A stretch of DNA of 64,000 nucleotides, taken from an uncultured Verrucomicrobiae bacterium. Its GTDB lineage: Bacteria > Verrucomicrobiota > Verrucomicrobiia > Chthoniobacterales > Terrimicrobiaceae. Under the pieces are notes generated by a model, which ran no database searches, was not told where the DNA came from, and worked only from the letters and a program-made list of their open reading frames with translations. The first letter of the stretch is position 1. Each line of letters starts with the position of its first letter. Location of the stretch: the NCBI GenBank assembly GCA_963706955.1, contig CAVPOC010000003.1:160001-224000 (forward strand), written 5' to 3'. A program made the translations under genes and the position numbers. Positions 1 through 11,129 of the stretch are shown here, piece by piece.

Positions 1-170
1 CTGATCACCCGTCGGATATTGAAATTGGCGCCCGCAATTCGCTGGCCCGACAACACCCTAGTAGTATCTGTGCCAGGCAACTCTGTGTCCTCTGCGTTCT
101 CTGTGGTTAGCGAACTTCAATCGCTTGGACCCGTCTTCCTCTCGCTCTGACGCGATCTTCATAGAAGAAC

Positions 171-1637
171 ATGCGCAATGACATGAACAATCAGGAGGGT
201 GCAGGAGGGCGGTCTTCGATCATCTCGGCCCTGCACCTTCATTCGCCACGCCCTGCGCCCGCCGGTGAGCGGGTTCCCGTCTGGCAGAAAGCAGCCTATG
301 GGCTTGGTGGTCTGACCGACTTCCTTTATCCAAACACCGTTAACGCCCTGGCCATCCCGATCTACAGCATCGCCTTGGGGATGGATCCTCTCTTATTGGG
401 CGTCGCGATGGCAGTGCCACGGATAGTCGGAGCAATTTCGGATCCGCTCGCGGGGACGATTTCGGACAATGCTCGAACTCCTTGGGGAAGACGGCGCCCG
501 TTCATTATCTGCGGCGCGGTGATAGGCGCAATCTTGCTCCCCTTGATTTGGACGCCCCCGGTCGCCAGCCAATTTGGACATTTCACCTACCTGCTTCTGA
601 TTCTTTCATTGTACGCAGTCGCCTTTTCGATTTTCTCCGTTCCGTACGGGGCCATGGGTATCGAACTGACCACGAATTACGACGAGCGCACGCGCGTGAT
701 GGCGTGGCGGGGCTATGTGCAACTGGCGGGAACGCTTAGTTCCTCGTGGTTCTATTGGTTTTGTCTTCTGCCGATCTTTGCCAGCGAAGTTGTCGGCGCG
801 CGCTGGCTCGGCCTGACCGTCGGTGTCATCATGCTGATCGGGGCCGCGACCACCGTTTTGGCCTGTAAAGAGAAGACCGAGATCATCGAGAAGCAACCTA
901 AGCTGGCGCTCGCAGCGGCGTTGAAATTTACCCTGCGCAACAAGCCATTTCTCCTCTTACAATTGGTCGGCGTCATTCTGATGCTTGGCTTAGGATGCGA
1001 AACTGTGATCGGCAGTTACGTTCACATCTATTACACCTGTCAGGGCAGTAAAACGTTCGCCTCTTACATTACGGGAATCGGGGGAACGCTGACGATTTTC
1101 TCGACTCTGGCGGCCTTGTCTTTCGGGTTGTGGCTTTCTACCCGTAGCGGCAAGCGGCAAACCGCGTTGGTCGGCCTCTGCATCGCGCTGTTTGGGGTAT
1201 GCTTGATGCCGTTCTTGCTCGTGCCGGCGCGGCCTTACCTAATCATGATCGAGTGGATTATCCTCGCCTTTGGCATTCCGTGCGCGAATCTAATGTTCAG
1301 CTCAATGGTGGCTGATATCTGCGATGAGGATGAGCTCGTCACGGGGTTGCGGCGTGAGGGCGCCTATGTCGCCGTTGGCGGATTCTTTGGAAAGACCGCC
1401 CAGGTCGGGACGCTCTTACTTGCTGGCGCCCTTCCCAGGATCGCCGGATATACCGACACCAGCGTGCCCCCCGAACTGGCTGAGCTCGAAATGATGCGGG
1501 CGATGCTCATCGGCATCCAATTCGTCGCGCTTGTCATTGCCATAAGTATTCTCTGGTTTTATCCGCTGACACGCTCGAGATCCGAAGCCATCCGACGTCA
1601 GCTGGACGCACGCAGGCGAGAACTCGCGGAAGGCTAA
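171..1637 (+). CDS. MFS/GPH-family (MelB/UidB-like) glycoside:cation symporter
   Basis: 488 aa with about 12 hydrophobic segments; DPLAGTISDNARTPWGRRRPFI and DICDEDELVTGLRREG motifs typical of GPH transporters. Confidence 0.9.
   Translation: MRNDMNNQEGAGGRSSIISALHLHSPRPAPAGERVPVWQKAAYGLGGLTDFLYPNTVNALAIPIYSIALGMDPLLLGVAMAVPRIVGAISDPLAGTISDNARTPWGRRRPFIICGAVIGAILLPLIWTPPVASQFGHFTYLLLILSLYAVAFSIFSVPYGAMGIELTTNYDERTRVMAWRGYVQLAGTLSSSWFYWFCLLPIFASEVVGARWLGLTVGVIMLIGAATTVLACKEKTEIIEKQPKLALAAALKFTLRNKPFLLLQLVGVILMLGLGCETVIGSYVHIYYTCQGSKTFASYITGIGGTLTIFSTLAALSFGLWLSTRSGKRQTALVGLCIALFGVCLMPFLLVPARPYLIMIEWIILAFGIPCANLMFSSMVADICDEDELVTGLRREGAYVAVGGFFGKTAQVGTLLLAGALPRIAGYTDTSVPPELAELEMMRAMLIGIQFVALVIAISILWFYPLTRSRSEAIRRQLDARRRELAEG
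1500..1531 (+). repeat. 32-bp direct repeat, copy 1 (inside the MFS 3' end); copy 2 at 8601-8632
   Basis: GCGATGCTCATCGGCATCCAATTCGTCGCGCT is identical at both positions. Confidence 0.95.
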
Positions 1638-1900
1638 ACTGACATGTAAGAATAAAAGCCGATCTACAGGCAGGGCACAAGCGCCTCAAAAAAAGCTCGA
1701 ATCTATTCGTAGCAGGCACATTATTACTTAATTACTTGACACGCCTTCGGCCTTAGAATCAGCACGCCTTCGGTGCCCACCGATGGTTCCCGCATATACC
1801 CCAGCAAGCACGAATGGATTCCATTAGCTAAGTGGCGAAAAGCGCTTCAGCTTATGGTCTCCACCGTTGCGCGGCGGTCTCTCGAAGGTCAGCTACGGAC

Positions 1901-4182
1901 CTAGGCCGCCTCAGATAAGATTAGCGTAAGCCGGACAGTTCTGACGCCCGGATCAACTACGATCGTGTATGTCCCAGCATCTAGCAGAGACACTGCCTCG
2001 ATCTCATTCCCTTCTGCAAAAATCTGAGTCGAAGCCAAGAGCGTCCCATTAGGACGAATGATGGATACTTTTCCGGCAAAAGCGACACTCTCGATATCGA
2101 AACTCACGTCGCTGATACCTAGCCTCACGTGCTGCCCCGCGGTGCCCTCGAAGGTTAGCCGCGCTTCCTGCCCAGGTCTGTCCAATGTGATTGGCACAGA
2201 AGAACCGCCTATGGTGATAGCGCCGGACGCCGGCTCAGAGAGGATCAATGTTAAGCTAGCAGTTGATGGTATCGGGTCGAAAAATACGCCCACAGGCTCC
2301 GCGACAATCGTATGGGATCCGCCATCCGCCAGAGGACCAAAATCGAGATCACCTCCGCTGGTGCCAATGGTCGTCGAAACTAGAGCAGTCTCATCTGGCT
2401 TGAGTATTGATATCAGTGCATTGTTGCCTGTCCCAAAGCTGACCTCAGTGACACCCAAGCTTGCGCGTTGCCCCGCGGCGCCTTCGAACGTCAGTCGTGC
2501 CTGCTGACCCGGCCTGAGAGTTACCGGCACCGCCGGGCCACCGATCGTAAGAGCGCCAGTGACTGGCTCTGACAGTGTCAAGGTTAGGCTTAGAGTATTT
2601 GCGTCTTCCGGATCGACCACGATCGTATAGGTTCCTGTATCTGGCAGAGCATCGGTGTGAATACTCCTTCCCTTGCTGAATACTAATTTCGATTCCAACG
2701 AAGTCCCCGTCAGGAACGAGGACGGAGACCGTAACCGCCTCAGTGCTCGTCCCGAAGGTCACCCCAGCGACGCCAAGATCTACTCGCTGCCCGCGGTACC
2801 CTCGAACGTTAGCCGTGCGTTCTGACCAGGCCTTTCGATGATAATTGGCAGTGGCAGACCACCTATCGCGGTTGCGCCAGTAAGTGGCTCGGACAGCGTC
2901 ACGGTGACGCTGCCAGTTTTCGCGTCTTGGGGATCGACTACGATCGTATAAGTTCCCGTGTCTGGCAGAGGATCTGTGTGAATATCCCGTCCGTTACTGA
3001 AAACCAACGTCGAAGTTAAGGTGATCCCATCGGGGTGGAGGATCGAGACCTCAACAGCCCCAGCACCTGTCTCGAAGCTCACCTCGCTGACGCCAAGATC
3101 TACGCGCTGTTCCGCCGCACCCTCAAAGATTAGCCGCGCATCCTGCCCAGGCTTATCGATGATGAGTAGCACTGATGGGCCATCTATCGCGATCGCGTCG
3201 GTCACCGGTTCGGATAGGGTGAGGCTGAGGCTGCCAGTCAGCGTCCCAGGATCGAGAAGGACTGTATAGGTCCCGGTGTCCGGCAGAGGCTCCATATCGA
3301 TATCATCGGGCCTGCCCACAAGCTTCCTAGTCACCGCTGCCCCATAGGGACCGAGTATGGAAACTTCGAAGAGGCCGGCACCATTACCGAAGCTCACCTC
3401 GCTGATGCCCACGCTCACTCGCTGCGCGGCAGTGCCGTCAAAGACTACAAGGGCAATCTTATTTGGTGTGCCGATTGTAACCGCTTTGCTCTCTCCAAAC
3501 GCGATTCGGCTGGTAAATTCCACATCCGCTGTGCTGAGAGGAGCTGGAAGAACAAAGAAATCTTCACTGCTGACGATCCTGCCAAATGGTGTGCTGATAG
3601 CAACGCGCCCCGATCCTGCTCCAGGCGGAACTTCGGTCTCATCGACGTAACATTCGCAGACCTGAGGATAGCAAGGGTATGATTAAAAGTCACCTTGTTG
3701 TTCGCAAGCGTAGATTCAAAATTCGTGCCAGTAATCGTCACGTGAGTGCCCACGGTGCCAAGACTAGGACTAAATTCTATTATTGTCGGTGCTTCCGGAA
3801 CGGCAGTTGTGGTGAAGCCAATGCTACTCGTGGCCGATCCTGTCGGCGTTGTGACACTGATCGGTCCCGAAGCAGTCCCGGACGGCACAGTGGTAACAAC
3901 CCGTGTCGCTGTCGCCGAGATCACCGCCGCGGGAAGGCCATTGAATGTGACCGCATTCTCGCCCGGTGTTTCGCTGAAGCCGGCGCCATGGATAGTGACT
4001 GATGCCCCTACCGGCGCGCTCTTCGGAGTGAACTCAATAATCGAAACAACAGAAGAACTCCGCCGCTCGATAGAGAGCAGGTTTCCGACGAAATCATACG
4101 TATAGATCCCGATATCGCCGCTTGGACCGGCGACGGCCGTTAGCCTTCTTAATTCGTCATAAGTATAGATAATTTCGGCCAT
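1901..4182 (-). CDS. YD-repeat + 2x IPT/TIG + five PPC-like (~105 aa) repeat protein, frameshifted
   Basis: Joins ORFs 3445-4182, 3357-3650 region, 2780-3523, 2445-2762 and 1901-2698. N-terminal YTYDELRRL...YTYDFVGNLL; IPT signatures FTPKSAPVGASVTIHG and FSPSLGTVGTHVTITG; repeats PGQxARLTFEG...GTYTIVVDP...LTLSEP. Confidence 0.8.
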
Positions 4183-4227
4183 CGGATTCCATGGTTATGT
4201 GGCGACCTAACATTTCGGTGACCTGGG

Positions 4228-7200
4228 CTACTTCCAAAACTTTCCTTTCAACCACCGTGCGAACCTGCGCCCAAACCACGGTTTGTTACGCTGCTCTAGG
4301 CGCCTCGCTACAGCGTCCCAACCCCTCTCTCTTTGGTAACGCACTATCGCACGGTTCTCTTGCTCCAACTTCTCCCCCTCCGTCGATTCACGCCCAGGGG
4401 GACGGTTGGGATTGTCGCCTTCGCCTTCGCCATTACCACCGGTGGCGGCGCCAATAATTATAACCGGTGCTATACACTCAATCGTTTCCCAAAGAGTTCT
4501 CAGCATCTCCTCCGCCGCATCCATGAGTCCCTTTATGCCTGTGCGCCCGCTCGTCTGCATTTGTTTTTGTCTCTGTCGGGCTTGCCGGATCGTGTCGAAG
4601 CAGCCCGCGATAGTCGTCGCGTCAACGGTGAAGCCCAGGGGATCCGTAAAGTTGGTTGGACTACTTAAAGCGTAGGCGTATAGATTTATATCGCCTCCGG
4701 AGGAACCGACCGGATCTTCGCTAATGAATCGCTGCAACGTGGGACTATAATATCGGGCCCGGTAGTTGTAGAGGCCGGTTCCATCGTTTTCTCTTCCCGT
4801 GTATTGGAGCGGGTTCGGATTGGCCGTTCCCGTGGCAGTTGTCGCCCCGAACGGATCGTACGTGTACTCAGTCTGAAGCAGTCCATTAGAGTCGAGGAGG
4901 CCTAGTGTCGAACCGAGGGCATCGAAGAGCAGCATTTGGGAGCCGTTTGCGGCCGTGCGGATGAAGTACTGCATCGATTTCCAGGCCAGTGAGCAGATTG
5001 ACAATCGGTATTCCACCAGAAAGCTCTTGCACGATATTGGGGCCGTCATAGAGGAATTCAGTTATGGTGCCGTTTACGGTCTTTCTTATGCGCTGGTTAA
5101 AGGCATCATATCCGAAACTCGCGGTAATCTCAGGGCCGCTGATGGAGGCGAGTCGGTTACGTGCATCCCATGTATAGATCCGAACTCCATCACTCGTTAG
5201 GTTGCCGTTGTCGTCGTAGGCAAGATCTGACGTCGCTCTTTGTATAAGCCGGTTCGCCGCATCGTATGCGAAGGAAGCAATTGCCTCGGGCAGAGCAGTG
5301 CGCGCGAAGCTTCCATCCGTCTTGATGCGATTTCCGGCGAGATCATACTGATAGGTCAGATCTCCTAATATGTCGTCGATACGCTTATACGTGACCCTGG
5401 TGAGTTGGGATGCCGCATCATAGCCGAATTCCACAACGATCTCTCCAGGAAGGGTCAGCCTTGTGGACCGGCCGAGAGCATCAAATCCGATGCCTACGCG
5501 CGTTGCCCCCCCTGGGTGATCTCAGTTAGACGGTTCACATCGTCATAAGTGTAACCTACCGGTGGCTGCCCCTGCACGGTCATGTTGGTCCGGCGGCCGG
5601 TCCGGTCATACGTATAGGTTATCGCCCCTTGCGGAGCAGACACTTGGGTCAGACGGTCCAGATTGTCATAGGCGAGCGTTATCGCTCCGGAGACGGAGTC
5701 CACAATTTTCGTCAGCCGATTACCCAAATCATAGGTATAAGTGACTGTGGAGCCGTCTGAATGTGTCGCCTGCGCAAGCCGATTCAATGCGTCGTACGCA
5801 AACGTTGTCACCTGTCCCTTGCGATCCGTAACCCTCGTTAGATTGCCCGCTGCATCGTTCTCGTAACTCTCGGAACGCCCCAGCGGATCCGTCCGGCTGA
5901 CAAGCCGGTCCATGTCGTCGTGAGTGTAACTGGTGACACCGCCACGCGCATCCGTCACGCTTAGAAGATTGCCGTTGGGATCGTAAGCAAATGCCGTCTC
6001 TCCACTCAAGGGGTCGGTCACCTGGGTCAGGCGATTGTGGGCATCATATGCACATCTCGTGGAGTGGCCCAGAGGATCCGTGAGGGTGATCGCGCGACCC
6101 GCGGTGTCGATGTAGCGGGTAGTGCTCGCGCCAAGTGGGTCAGTCATGCCGCTTCGGATGCCGAGATCATAGGCCAATTGCGCAACGTTGCCGAGGGCAT
6201 CGGTGAGGGCAACTGGCTGACCATTCGGATTGTAAGCTAACGTCGCGCTGTTGCCCAGCGCGTCAGTAAGACTGATAAGGTTACCCTTCTCGTCATACAC
6301 ACATAAGGTTGTGTGGCCTAATGGGTCGGTGATGCTCGTCGGTTGATTAAACTTCGGCTCGTATATGAATTCAGTTGTCACCGCCTCGGGCATATCTGCC
6401 AAGCGGGTAATGGCTGTGGCATTCCCCACCGGGTCGTACGTCGTGGCGGTTTTACGACCGAGGGCGTCAGTGACACTTAGCACTAGGTTGGTTACCGGCT
6501 GTCGCTCGTAAGTGGTTGTTTGCTCTTCCGGTGTCCCCAGAGCTCGGGTATCGGTTAGAATGTAGCCGTCGGTGTTGAAGGTCACCCGACGGATGATACC
6601 CCGCGGATCGGTGACAACGGTCTGCGTAATCTTGCCGTTCGCGTCTACTGTGTACTCGAATTGGTAAGTGCTCCCGTCTGCCTGGGTCTGCTTGATGACT
6701 CGGTCTCCATCATCATATTCGTTGGTGAGGAAGGTAATTGCCCTAGCATCCTTGACCGCCAGCATCCGGTTCGAGGTGTCGTACGTATATTCCGTCACCC
6801 CTCCCATAGGATCGGTCACTGTGATCAAGCGCCCATTATCGTCGTAGTCATAGGTGACAACCCGTCCGATATTGTCTCTCGCTTGGATAATCCTCCCATT
6901 GATATCATCCCGATCAAACGTCAACTCCAGCCATAGGCCGTTTGGAGAAATGACCCGAGTCGACCTTTGGATGCTCTCCACCGCCGCGGCCAATTGAGAT
7001 TTTATTACCATGACGATCCCGTATAGATTGCAAGAGGGGAAATTTGATCCTCCTTGAAACGCGTACACGGTCCCATCCTTCGAAGTTAATTCCCAACCAT
7101 CACGGCCGCGATGAATTCTGGATTTGAAAAAAACGGATGGCGTCGCGGTATGTTCAAATACCGCGATGGCTTCCTCGGTTCCTGGTGAGATTCTCGAATA

Positions 7201-8259
7201 ATGTACCCGACCTCCATCCGGCAGTATTAGATCAATCTCTTGGAAGAGTTGGAGATCCGGAAATAGAAACAGCTCATAAAGATGGGCTGATCCGGTGCCG
7301 AAAGGGCCGCAGTCCCTGTGTTTCAAACCCCTGGCGATGGGTTCGGGTCAAGGCGATAGGCATAACGTCTGGTAAGAAAAGGTCGGTTTTCCTGAGGACA
7401 AAAAGACCTGTGCCCAAATCGACCGGGTCATCACCGTCGTCGGTAGTGGCACCGCCGGAGCCACCGCCTACGGCAGTTCCGCCTTTAAGGAACCCAAAGC
7501 TCGCCCCACTCAACTGATAGACGGCCACCCCCTCATCAGGCACGACCTGCTTTCCATTCCGGAGCAACAGTCCCCGTTCCGTAGATGTGCCAACCCTTTT
7601 TGCCCGCATCATGATTCCAGAAATTGACTCGTGTGCCGGGCAGCTCATTTGTGATGTTTGGGTAAATGATTCGTGCCCCGTAGGGCTCGATATAGACCCA
7701 CCAGGTTGGACGGTAAAGTACATGGGAAACCGAGCGGCAAAAGGCAGAGGGAAGGGCGGTCGTTCGACTGGAATCGAGGTGACAGTGATCTCAGTAATTA
7801 TTTGCCCGTCCTTATCACGGATGATTGTTCCTGGTGGCAAATGGAGCTCCCAGCCGGGGATGTTTGGCGTGGTCACTACAACTTCGTCAGAGGTGGGCGA
7901 CGGAATTGCCACGGCATTTGCCGTATCGATTTCGGGCATCCAGATGGTATACGGTAAAACGTTTGTGCGACCTGCCCTCAGGATCGATGCCGACCTCAAA
8001 GACGCCATAAGTCGCGCCCGATTTGCTCGCGGTTCGCCCATCAATGAGCAGCTCATGATGTCCGGGAGAAATGAAGTTAAGAAGAAAGTCGTCCCGTATC
8101 GTCGGTGCGTGTCGCCTCATCCGCAATGCGCAAGCTCACACCCTCGAGCGGCTGACCACTCAGCGTTCGAACTTCGCCAGCTACGGCGGTTACATTAGGA
8201 TCGGCCTCAAGTGGCTGGTGCGATGCGCACGAAGAATCTGGACTCGTTTCCTCTTCCAT
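4228..8259 (-). CDS. rhs: RHS repeat-associated core protein (carboxypeptidase-regulatory-like N-terminus, DUF6531-like DPVDLGTG segment, YD repeats, variable C-terminal tip), multiply frameshifted
   Basis: Joins ORFs 8077-8454, 7887-8126, 7274-8056, 5494-7326, 4886-5434 and 4228-5049. Many YD repeats; core motifs YTGRENDGTGLYNYRARYYSPTLQRFISEDP and NLYAY...PTNFTDPLG; probable ATG at 8259. Confidence 0.9.
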
Positions 8260-8600
8260 AGCCACACCTTGGCAGCATTCAGATGCAAAGAAAAGTCCGG
8301 CCTTCAAGAGCGTGGTCGACCGAATGTCGCAAGAGCGTGTGCGAAGCTCTTTCCGGTGATATGAACCGGAATATTGCGGCAGAAGCCGAGTAGTAGCAGC
8401 CCTGCGCCAATAGGTGGTGACGTACCTCAGCAGCATTTCCGGGCGCTCGGACAAGCTGGCACATCCATCCTAGAGGTCAGACCTGGTAACCTGAGGGCAG
8501 CTGCAACGAACTGAGGATCTAAATTCGCGCAAAGCTTAGCGACTTCGTCGTGAAGGCGCGGACGGCCTTCGATGTGCTTCGCGCCGACGAAACGATGCAA

Positions 8601-8632
8601 GCGATGCTCATCGGCATCCAATTCGTCGCGCT
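8601..8632 (+). repeat. 32-bp direct repeat, copy 2 (intergenic)
   Basis: Identical to 1500-1531; partial similarity extends about 12 nt upstream (GAAACGATGCAA vs GAAATGATGCGG). Confidence 0.95.
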
Positions 8633-8706
8633 CATGCGTCGATCGACATTACAGGCTTAGCAAATGCCCTACAAATGTTCGAATTTATCGACCTTTCTGA
8701 TTTGAG

Positions 8707-8719
8707 TTAGTTCAACTAA
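8707..8719. promoter_or_regulatory. Palindrome TTAGTT-C-AACTAA, candidate repressor operator
   Basis: Perfect 6-1-6 inverted repeat about 10 nt upstream of the DJ-1/PfpI remnant. Confidence 0.4.
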
Positions 8720-8729
8720 GTGGTGTGTC

Positions 8730-9200
8730 ATGGGAAGCAAAGCTGAAAAGAGTCAAGTATAGATCAGACCAAACGGATCCTGATCGTCGTCACGAACGTA
8801 GGCGAATACGAAAAGGTCGGATACCGAACCGGGCTGTGGCTCGGCGAGCTTACCCACTTCTGGGATGTTGCAGAGGAGGCTGGATTCACGATCGATATTG
8901 CTAGCCCGTCCGGCGGCTACGTGCCGATTGTCCGGCTCAGCACCGGAGAGTATCTGCTGAAAGCCCGCAAGGCGACCGGCTTCTCGTGGCGAGAGAGGAA
9001 CTTGCAAGCGTGCCGAGGCGGTCACCTTCAATTTGGAGGAGGAAATGAAAAAGCGGGGCGCCCAATACGAGAAGGCGATGCTGCCTATACCGCCCATGTT
9101 GTCGAGGAGGGACGGCTGATTACGGTCAGAACCCGAAGAGCGCGCGGGGAGTTGGTGCGGCGGTCATAAAACAACTTCGGAAATCTGACCGGTAAATAGA
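8730..9200 (+). pseudogene. DJ-1/PfpI (type 1 glutamine amidotransferase-like) pseudogene with an internal deletion
   Basis: KRILIVVTNVGEYEKVGYRTGLWLGELTHFWDVAEEAGFTIDIASPSGGYVPI joins directly to C-terminal RLSTGEYLL..ATGFSW..LEEEMKKRGAQYEKA..HVVEEGRLITGQNP; central catalytic region absent; stops and frameshifts. Confidence 0.75.
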
Positions 9201-9627
9201 TCGCACCGCCCACAACGCCGAGCGAGAGCAATCCAAGAGCCAGTTTTGCGGGATGACAATGCGAATCGAGGCGCGCGGCGTCCGCACCTAACCGTCGCAT
9301 CTGACCAAGGCTTTGGCCGGACAATCGGATCGCTTCGAGGTCCGCGTGAAGCGACTCACATGAGCCAGGACGCCGATGCAAAGCTGCACGTCGCGTAAGG
9401 CAACTTTTCGTTCCTTGGCGACTGCGAGCCTCAAGAGCGCAAGCAGGACGTCTTTCAGGTGCGGAAGCAGTTGGCGAAAGGCCGCTCCAACTCTGCGGGC
9501 GTGGCGCACATGCCCGCTGAATAGGGCTGGCCGCGCAAAAAAAGGCGGACGGCTTGGGCGTCGGCCAACCTTCCCACTATCTGCAAGTTGGCCGCGGGCG
9601 CGATTCAGGCTACCTTGAGCGCCTACT

Positions 9628-10393
9628 ATGAAAATCTTTGAAGACAAGACGGTCATCATCACCGGAGGCACTTCGGGCATCGGCAAAGCAACTGCCCTGG
9701 CCTTTTCCCAAGCAGGGCGCGAACGTCGTCGTTTCAGGTCGCCGCATTTCTGAGGGGGAAAATGTTGTCAGGGAAATTACTTCGGCTGGGGGAAATGCCC
9801 TCTTCGTGCGAACCGATGTCAGCCGAGAGGATGACATCATGGCGCTTATCGAAAAGACCGTTGCCACTTTCGGCGCTCTACATGCTGCGTTCAACAACGC
9901 CGGCACCGAAGGCCAATTCGGATTGCTCACAACCGAGCAGACGGTGGAGCACTATCGGCAGGTTTGTGACATCAATATTTGTGGCGTGTTGCTGTCGATG
10001 AAACATGAAATCCCCGCGATGATTCGCTCTGGCGGAGGCTCTATCGTCAACACTTCGTCGGTCGGCGGGCATGTCGGTTTTCCCGGAGCGTCGGTTTACG
10101 TCGCCAGCAAATTCGCCGTGATCGGCCTGACCAAGACAGCTGCGCTGGAATTCGCCAAGCAGGGAGTTCGCGTCAACAGTGTCTCGCCCGGCCCCATCCA
10201 AACTGAAATGTTCGACCGCGCGTTCGGCGAAGGTCAAACCGACATCAAGAAATCGATTGCAGCGCAAAATCCGCTTGGCCGCGTTGGCACGCCCGAGGAG
10301 ATCGCTGGCGCAGTCCTCTGGCTCAGCTCTCCGAACGCGGCGTTTACGACCGGCCAGGACATTGTCGTGGACGGTGGCTTTACCGCACAATAG
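9628..10393 (+). CDS. SDR-family oxidoreductase (glucose 1-dehydrogenase-like), frameshift near 9705
   Basis: MKIFEDKTVIITGGTSGIGKATALAF in one frame continues into ORF 9638-10393 with NNAG, YVASK and DIVVDGGFTAQ. Confidence 0.9.
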
Positions 10394-10511
10394 ACGATGG
10401 TTGGGGCATCGTCCGCACTCGCCCATTTTGGATGAAAGAATGATTCCGGTCGGATCAAGTTCGTTACTCTAAAATCGCGCTCACTAGACTCGAGCGTCAT
10501 CGTCTAACTGA

Positions 10512-10755
10512 AGCGCCAACGGCGCGGCTTCAATAAATCAGCCTGGGGCAACGCCCCAGGGTGTCAGATAGGATAAGCAGCGCTGTAGGCGCGATTCATC
10601 TGAAGCCGTATTCACCGTACGTGGCGTCATCACAACGACTACATCGAATGAATGCGTCCACGGGACTATGAGTCGCGCCTTCAGCGCTTGATTTATAGAT
10701 GTCCACATTCCTGGGGCGCTGCCCCAGGCTAATATGAAGGCGCGCCGTCGGCGCT
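10512..10755. repeat. Inverted pair of ~87-bp REP-type units (REPIN/BIME-like)
   Basis: 10512-10598 and the reverse complement of 10669-10755 share AGCGCCRACGGCGCG...AGCCTGGGGCARCGCCCCAGG...AGCGCTGWAGGCGCGAYTCA. Confidence 0.85.
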
Positions 10756-11129
10756 TTACCAAAACAGAATGGAAAGTTGTGGCACTGGCTTTCGATTGCA
10801 TCCAATCTGTGATCGCATGCGCGCATGCCAAAGCTCGCTGGCCGCATTGAGCGACGCCCTCCATCGCAAAAGCATTAGTCCGAGAGCAAAAAGGCATGCA
10901 AAAGATGCCTGGCTGTCTTGGTGCCGCCCGGCGGGAGTCTATCGGCTGAGTTTTGCTGGAAATACGGCGATTTTGGCGCAAGAGCGAACGCGAACCGAAG
11001 CTGCGCCGCGACCCTAGATACTACGCGACAAGTCCCTGATAAAAGAGATTGAGCATTTTCTCTGCCGTTGCATTTGACGAGTTTCATAGTCCAGAGGCAA
11101 ATTGAAGACCGCGACAACCGAGGAACATC

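Noticed and set aside
1736..1759. TTGACA...TAGAAT promoter-like pair
   Set aside because: The spacer is only 12 nt and it points into a convergent gene end.
10538..10981. 147-aa ORF with AWGSAPG/PWGVAPG repeats
   Set aside because: These peptides are translations of the REP palindromes.
10978..10992. Single GCAAGA half-site upstream of aroE; similar ACAAGAAT near 43116 and 52308
   Set aside because: The second half-site at +20 is missing, so these are not counted as regulon boxes.
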